Shown one piece after another: positions 59,750 to 64,000 of a DNA stretch of 64,000 bases (the first letter of the stretch is position 1; the number at the start of each line of letters is the position of its first letter). The translations under genes were made by a program, and so were the position numbers. Where the stretch lies: NCBI GenBank assembly GCA_963815305.1, contig CAWFFW010000002.1:506279-570278 (forward strand), given 5' to 3'. A model generated the notes under the pieces. That model saw nothing but the letters and a program-made list of their open reading frames with translations, made no database searches and was not told where the DNA came from. This DNA comes from an uncultured Flavobacteriaceae bacterium (lineage in GTDB: Bacteria > Bacteroidota > Bacteroidia > Flavobacteriales > Flavobacteriaceae).

Positions 59750-60691
59750 ATGACCATTACACAACTATATTATGTTTTAGCAGTAGCCGAAAATCAGAAT
59801 TTTACAAAAGCTGCCGAAAAATGCTTTGTAACGCAACCTACGTTAAGCATGCAAATTCAAAAATTAGAAGATCAATTGGATGTTAAAATATTCGATAGAA
59901 GCAAAAAGCCTATCGAACTTACTGATGTTGGTAAAAAAATTGTTAAGCAAGCTAAAAATATTGTAAATGAATCTTACAGAATACAGGATATTGTGGATCA
60001 ACAAAAGGGATTTATTGGAGGTGAATTTAGGTTAGGCATAATTCCAACTATAATGCCAACACTTCTACCTATGTTTTTAAAAAGTTTAATAAAAAAGCAT
60101 CCTAAAGTTAAACTTAAAATTGAAGAATTAAATACCGAAGAAATTATTACTAGACTAAAAGATGGACATTTAGATGCAGCCATAGCTGCTACACCTTTAG
60201 AAGATGAAACTATTAAAGAACGTGTACTTTATTTTGAGCCTTTTGTTAGTTATATACCTAAAGACCACAGGCTTCATACGAAAAAAAAAATTGATGTTTC
60301 TGATTTAGATATTGAAGATATGTTATTACTTGAAGATGGACATTGTTTTAGAGATGGCGTAATTAATTTATGTAAAGTGTTTAAAAATCATTCTGACGAT
60401 AAATTTCAATTAGAAAGCGGTAGTATTGAAACTCTTATAAAATTATCAAATGAAGGCTTAGGAATGACGCTACTTCCTTATTTGCATACTTTAGATATAA
60501 AAGAAAAAGAACGCGATAATTTACATTATTTCAACGAACCTACTCCTGCTAGAGAAGTGAGTATTATATATCATAAAAGCGAGTTAAAAATGCAAATTAT
60601 TGAAGCCTTACAGGATGTAATTTCAGGAATTATTCGTGGCGCCATTGCTTTTCAGAACGTAAAAATAATAAGTCCATTACCCAAAAAATAA
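59750..60691 (+). CDS. oxyR: LysR-family hydrogen-peroxide-responsive regulator OxyR
   Basis: N-terminal HTH QNFTKAAEKCFVTQPTLSMQIQKLE. The redox Cys context is LLLEDGHCFRDG. The gene is divergent from dps. Confidence 0.85.
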   Translation: MTITQLYYVLAVAENQNFTKAAEKCFVTQPTLSMQIQKLEDQLDVKIFDRSKKPIELTDVGKKIVKQAKNIVNESYRIQDIVDQQKGFIGGEFRLGIIPTIMPTLLPMFLKSLIKKHPKVKLKIEELNTEEIITRLKDGHLDAAIAATPLEDETIKERVLYFEPFVSYIPKDHRLHTKKKIDVSDLDIEDMLLLEDGHCFRDGVINLCKVFKNHSDDKFQLESGSIETLIKLSNEGLGMTLLPYLHTLDIKEKERDNLHYFNEPTPAREVSIIYHKSELKMQIIEALQDVISGIIRGAIAFQNVKIISPLPKK

Positions 60692-60698
60692 TCGTATT

Positions 60699-60727
60699 AA
60701 AAAAGCGGCCAATAAGCCGCTTTTTTT
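60699..60727. terminator. Bidirectional hairpin terminator after oxyR
   Basis: AAAAAAGCGGCcaataaGCCGCTTTTTTT. Confidence 0.75.
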
Positions 60728-60923
60728 ATGGTTTTAAATAAATTAAACATTGATTTAATTCTGGGTTTTGCTTTACTAAAGAATGAATGAATATTTTAAG
60801 TTCTTCAATTTCGTAGGGTAACAGACGTTGTATCGCCTTTTGTACTTCTCTGCAAAACAATGTAGCATCAAAACTTACTTTATTAAGTACAGTTTTTGTG
60901 TACTCTAACATAGCTCTTGCCAT
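60726..60923 (-). CDS. Hypothetical small protein
   Basis: 65-aa ORF (MARAMLEYTKTVLNKVSF...) with its stop inside the terminator hairpin. No motif is recognised. Confidence 0.45.
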   Translation of the reverse strand: MARAMLEYTKTVLNKVSFDATLFCREVQKAIQRLLPYEIEELKIFIHSLVKQNPELNQCLIYLKP

Positions 60924-61049
60924 TTTATTTAGGTTTAGGTTTGGTTTATAATTAATAGTAGAATTTGATATAGGCTTTTATTTTCATAATATTAATATAA
61001 ATTTACTAAAAAAATAAGTATAAACTTTTCTTTTGAGTAAAATTAACAT

Positions 61050-61850
61050 TTAAAATCTGTTATCGCCATCCAATAAATCGCCTAAACCACCTAAAATACT
61101 TCCTTCTCCTTTATTTTTACCTCCGCTACGAGGTGCTGAGGCTAATACACGACCTGCTAATCTACTAAAAGGTAAGGATTGAATATAAACGGTTCCTGGG
61201 CCTTGCAGTTTAGCGAAAAACAAACCTTCACCACCAAAAACGGTATTTTTTATACCGCCAACAAATTCAATATCATAATCTACCGTTTGATCGAAACCTA
61301 CAATACAGCCTGTATCAACACGCAACGTTTCACCAGCTTTTAATTCTTTCATAGCCATCGTACCACCTGCATGCACAAATGCCATGCCATTGCCTTCTAG
61401 CTTTTGCATAATAAAACCTTCGCCTCCAAAAAGCCCTCGACCCAATTTTTTAGAGAACTCAATACCCACACTCACACCTTTTGCGGCGCATAGAAATGCA
61501 TCTTTTTGACATATAAACTTACCATTAAAACGTGTTAAATCAATAGGTATAATTTTTCCCGGATATGGTGAAGCGAATGATACATTTCTTTTTCCTGAAA
61601 GGTTGTTGTAAAAAGCAGTCATGAATAAACTTTCGCCTGTAAGGATTCGTTTTCCGGCACCTAAAATTTTACCTAAAAATCCTGAATCATTTTTTGAGCC
61701 ATCTCCAAAAATAGTTTCCATTTTAATACCATCGTCCATCATCATAAAGCTTCCTGCTTCGGCTATTACGCCTTCTTGTGGATCGAGTTCAATTTCTACG
61801 TACTGCATTTCTTCGCCGTAGATTCTATAATCAATTTCGTGTGCTGTCAT
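61050..61850 (-). CDS. TIGR00266 / AIM24 (DUF124) family protein
   Basis: 266 aa, with [24 protein letters not shown]...GESLFMT...[11 protein letters not shown]. Confidence 0.75.
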   Translation of the reverse strand: MTAHEIDYRIYGEEMQYVEIELDPQEGVIAEAGSFMMMDDGIKMETIFGDGSKNDSGFLGKILGAGKRILTGESLFMTAFYNNLSGKRNVSFASPYPGKIIPIDLTRFNGKFICQKDAFLCAAKGVSVGIEFSKKLGRGLFGGEGFIMQKLEGNGMAFVHAGGTMAMKELKAGETLRVDTGCIVGFDQTVDYDIEFVGGIKNTVFGGEGLFFAKLQGPGTVYIQSLPFSRLAGRVLASAPRSGGKNKGEGSILGGLGDLLDGDNRF

Positions 61851-61897
61851 TTTGATAAAAGTGTATTAGTTTAAAAAAGTTTATTTGTTAATTGGTA
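61851..61897 (-). repeat. 47-bp leader repeat, copy A (immediately upstream of the TIGR00266 ATG)
   Basis: The plus strand reads TTTGATAAAAGTGTATTAGTTTAAAAAAGTTTATTTGTTAATTGGT. It is nearly identical to 62721-62767. Confidence 0.85.
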
Positions 61898-62060
61898 GGC
61901 ATATTTAGCAATTTGTTACATTATTTAAATAAGATTATTTGTATTTGATAAACTACTAATTTAGCAAATATATACCGAATAAAAATTCGCAAGAACTTTT
62001 ATTAATTAAGATTACACTAGCAATTAATTATAGCATTATTTGAATACAACTCGTTATTCA

Positions 62061-62720
62061 CTATTCATTTTTAAATTTTATAGTATTCCACAAGGCAATA
62101 GTTGAGGCCGAAAAAAAGATGACCAATATTATATTCAAATATCCCCCTTTTATTATAATCCAAATACTATCAGTTAAATATTTTGTTACTAAATCCTCAA
62201 TCAAAAATGGAATGAGTGGGAAAAAAATGATAATCCATCTTGGATACAACGTTTTTCGTTTCCAAACTTGACTAATAAAAAGAATGGATAAAATTCCGAC
62301 TAATGGATAGACGAATAATCTCAATATTTTGTTTGTTTTTTCTGCAAGTAAAACGGCCCTATTGATATCAAGATTATGTTCAGTAGCCAATTTAGCAGTT
62401 GTAGCGATAGCAAGAAACGCTCCGTGAACGATTCCAAATGCTATTAAAATACTTCCAAAAAAAATCAAAACTCCATTTCTAAAAATTGGTTTTGTGATAC
62501 TAAATGCATGATAAACTTGACCCAGTCCAAGCATATAAAACCAAGTTGCAAATAATGCGCAAACCCCACTTGCTATAATTCTGAAATCAGAAGCATTTCC
62601 CATATTTTTCTTAAAGCTCATGTTTTCTGGATCATAATACAAAAGCATATCTCCAGCAAATAAAATCAATCCGCCTAATATTCCGAAAACTCCAAAAATT
62701 CTAATCCAAAACTGACTCAT
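62061..62720 (-). CDS. Uncharacterised polytopic membrane protein
   Basis: 219 aa with about 7 hydrophobic helices. Confidence 0.6.
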   Translation of the reverse strand: MSQFWIRIFGVFGILGGLILFAGDMLLYYDPENMSFKKNMGNASDFRIIASGVCALFATWFYMLGLGQVYHAFSITKPIFRNGVLIFFGSILIAFGIVHGAFLAIATTAKLATEHNLDINRAVLLAEKTNKILRLFVYPLVGILSILFISQVWKRKTLYPRWIIIFFPLIPFLIEDLVTKYLTDSIWIIIKGGYLNIILVIFFSASTIALWNTIKFKNE

Positions 62721-62767
62721 TTGATAAAAATGTGTTGGTTTAAAAAAAGTTTATTTGTTAATTGGTT
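62721..62767 (-). repeat. 47-bp leader repeat, copy B (immediately upstream of the membrane-protein ATG)
   Basis: The plus strand reads TTGATAAAAATGTGTTGGTTTAAAAAAAGTTTATTTGTTAATTGGT. Confidence 0.85.
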
Positions 62768-63089
62768 TTAAGTTTTGTTGTACCGCTTTTTTAAAATCAA
62801 AAAATAAATCCCAAACTGATACTTTAATTTTTAGCTACGTATTTTGATTAATAACTTTAGCACTAATTTCAAGAATTTTCACTAATCATTACCATTCACT
62901 CATCTGGCAAGTTTCATTCTGAGATGCACCAATATAAAGGATGATCTTATCGTAAAGTTACAGAGTGTTGTGCAACTAATTACCAACTAACATATACAGC
63001 ATTTTTTTCTTGTGAAGCTAAAAAATATTAATATTTAGCGTGAACAACTGAATATTGAGGCTGAATACTGCCAATTCTAAACTAAAAAG

Positions 63090-63545
63090 CTAACCTTTTA
63101 CTTTGATACTCCATTCAAAATTAAATGTTGAAACGATAATACCTTCTTCGTTTACACCCACAGACTTCATCCAGATAGTTTGCCCTTCCCCAGTTTCGAT
63201 TGTCTTTTTTATAGCTTCATCAATTAAATGTCCGTCGTTACAGGTAAAGGCTATTTTTCCTGTTGCTTTTTTTGTAAACGTCGCATTATTAGTTGTTACT
63301 AACATAGATATTTTTTTTCCTGTTTCTTGAATTTTCACAATCATTAGTGCACCTGTTGAAAACTCTGCTGCCATACCTTGTACCGCCCAAAACATGGATT
63401 TGAATGGGTTTTGGTTTATCCATTTATGTTTTACTGTCACTATACATTTGTCATCGTCAATATGCTTTGTGCGCACACCGCAAAAGTATGCAGCAGGCAG
63501 TTTGAATATCGTGAAAGTGTTTAATTTACTGGGAGTTAGCTTCAT
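63090..63545 (-). CDS. DUF4442 / hotdog-fold thioesterase-like protein
   Basis: 151 aa, with FKLPAAYFCGVR...NPFKSMFWAVQGMAAEFSTG. Confidence 0.65.
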   Translation of the reverse strand: MKLTPSKLNTFTIFKLPAAYFCGVRTKHIDDDKCIVTVKHKWINQNPFKSMFWAVQGMAAEFSTGALMIVKIQETGKKISMLVTTNNATFTKKATGKIAFTCNDGHLIDEAIKKTIETGEGQTIWMKSVGVNEEGIIVSTFNFEWSIKVKG

Positions 63546-63690
63546 TAGGTATCATTTAATTTTTGACTAAGTTATGAAAATAAATAGCAACAATAAATGT
63601 TAAAATTATGTTAATTTTTAGTACTATGCGTAACAAAGTACCTTCTTTTAGACATATATTTGTATAAGAAACTACTATACGTTTTAAAAT

Positions 63691-64000
63691 ATGTTTGATA
63701 ATCATCAAAAAAACATCGCTACTTTTATTCATTTATCAACCTTTAGTCGGTTTATAATTCCGTTTGGAAATTTTATCGGACCTATTATTTTATGGGTTGC
63801 CAATAGGGAAAAATCGGAGTTTATTGACAGCCATGGCAAACAAGCCATAAACTTTCAAATTAGTATTTTACTATACGCTATAATAATAGGTAGCATTACC
63901 ATACCGTTTTTCATTTTTAAAATTTTTAGTGGTATTGACTTTATTGATTTTAATGATTTTGAAAGTTTCCACATCAATATTGGCAAACCATCTGCTCTAC
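63691..64000 (+). CDS. DUF4870-like membrane protein, 5' part (runs off the window end)
   Basis: ATG at 63691: MFDNHQKNIATFIHLSTFSRFIIPFGNFIGPIILWVANREKSEFIDSHGKQAINFQISILLY. The frame is open to the window end. Confidence 0.65.
   Translation, partial: MFDNHQKNIATFIHLSTFSRFIIPFGNFIGPIILWVANREKSEFIDSHGKQAINFQISILLYAIIIGSITIPFFIFKIFSGIDFIDFNDFESFHINIGKPSAL

Noticed and set aside
60930-60950. A TTTAGG TTTAGG TTTGG short tandem upstream of the small hypothetical gene.
   Set aside because: It has two to three degenerate units in AT-rich promoter DNA, which is too short to distinguish from chance.

Overview
AT-rich chromosomal segment that looks like Flavobacteriaceae (Bacteroidota). It is mostly conserved housekeeping DNA. 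Recognisable genes include the gliding-motility/T9SS core gldK-gldL-gldM-gldN, topA, miaB, an orphan sigma-54 activator, lptE, secG, groES-groEL, purH, mreB-mreC-mreD-mrdA-rodA, topB, dps and a divergent oxyR. I found no tRNA, rRNA, CRISPR array, prophage, IS element or recognisable defence island. The points worth a second look are listed here. (1) A four-copy ~157-bp intergenic element has conserved inverted termini, conserved local hairpins and a variable AT-rich core. (2) A conserved but functionally uncharacterised membrane/MoxR cluster (RDD, SpoIIM-like, DUF4129, DUF4350-like, MoxR, DUF58) is interrupted by an esterase-TPR gene that carries an in-frame TAA. (3) A HYC_CC_PP / TonB-dependent receptor / HMA metal-type cluster sits next to an XrtF exosortase pair. 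(4) A sigma-54-type -24/-12 element lies upstream of groES, close to a sensor-less sigma-54 activator. (5) A small decay zone at 47.0-48.1 kb holds a truncated VOC gene and a frameshifted lipoprotein. (6) Smaller oddities: an arginase-fold protein with substituted metal ligands, a peptide deformylase with a lipoprotein signal, a compositionally distinct GH43 gene in long non-coding flanks, a duplicated 47-bp leader before two adjacent genes, and an RDD paralog whose conserved N-terminus lies upstream of any canonical start codon. Every functional call comes from motif recognition by eye. No database search was possible.
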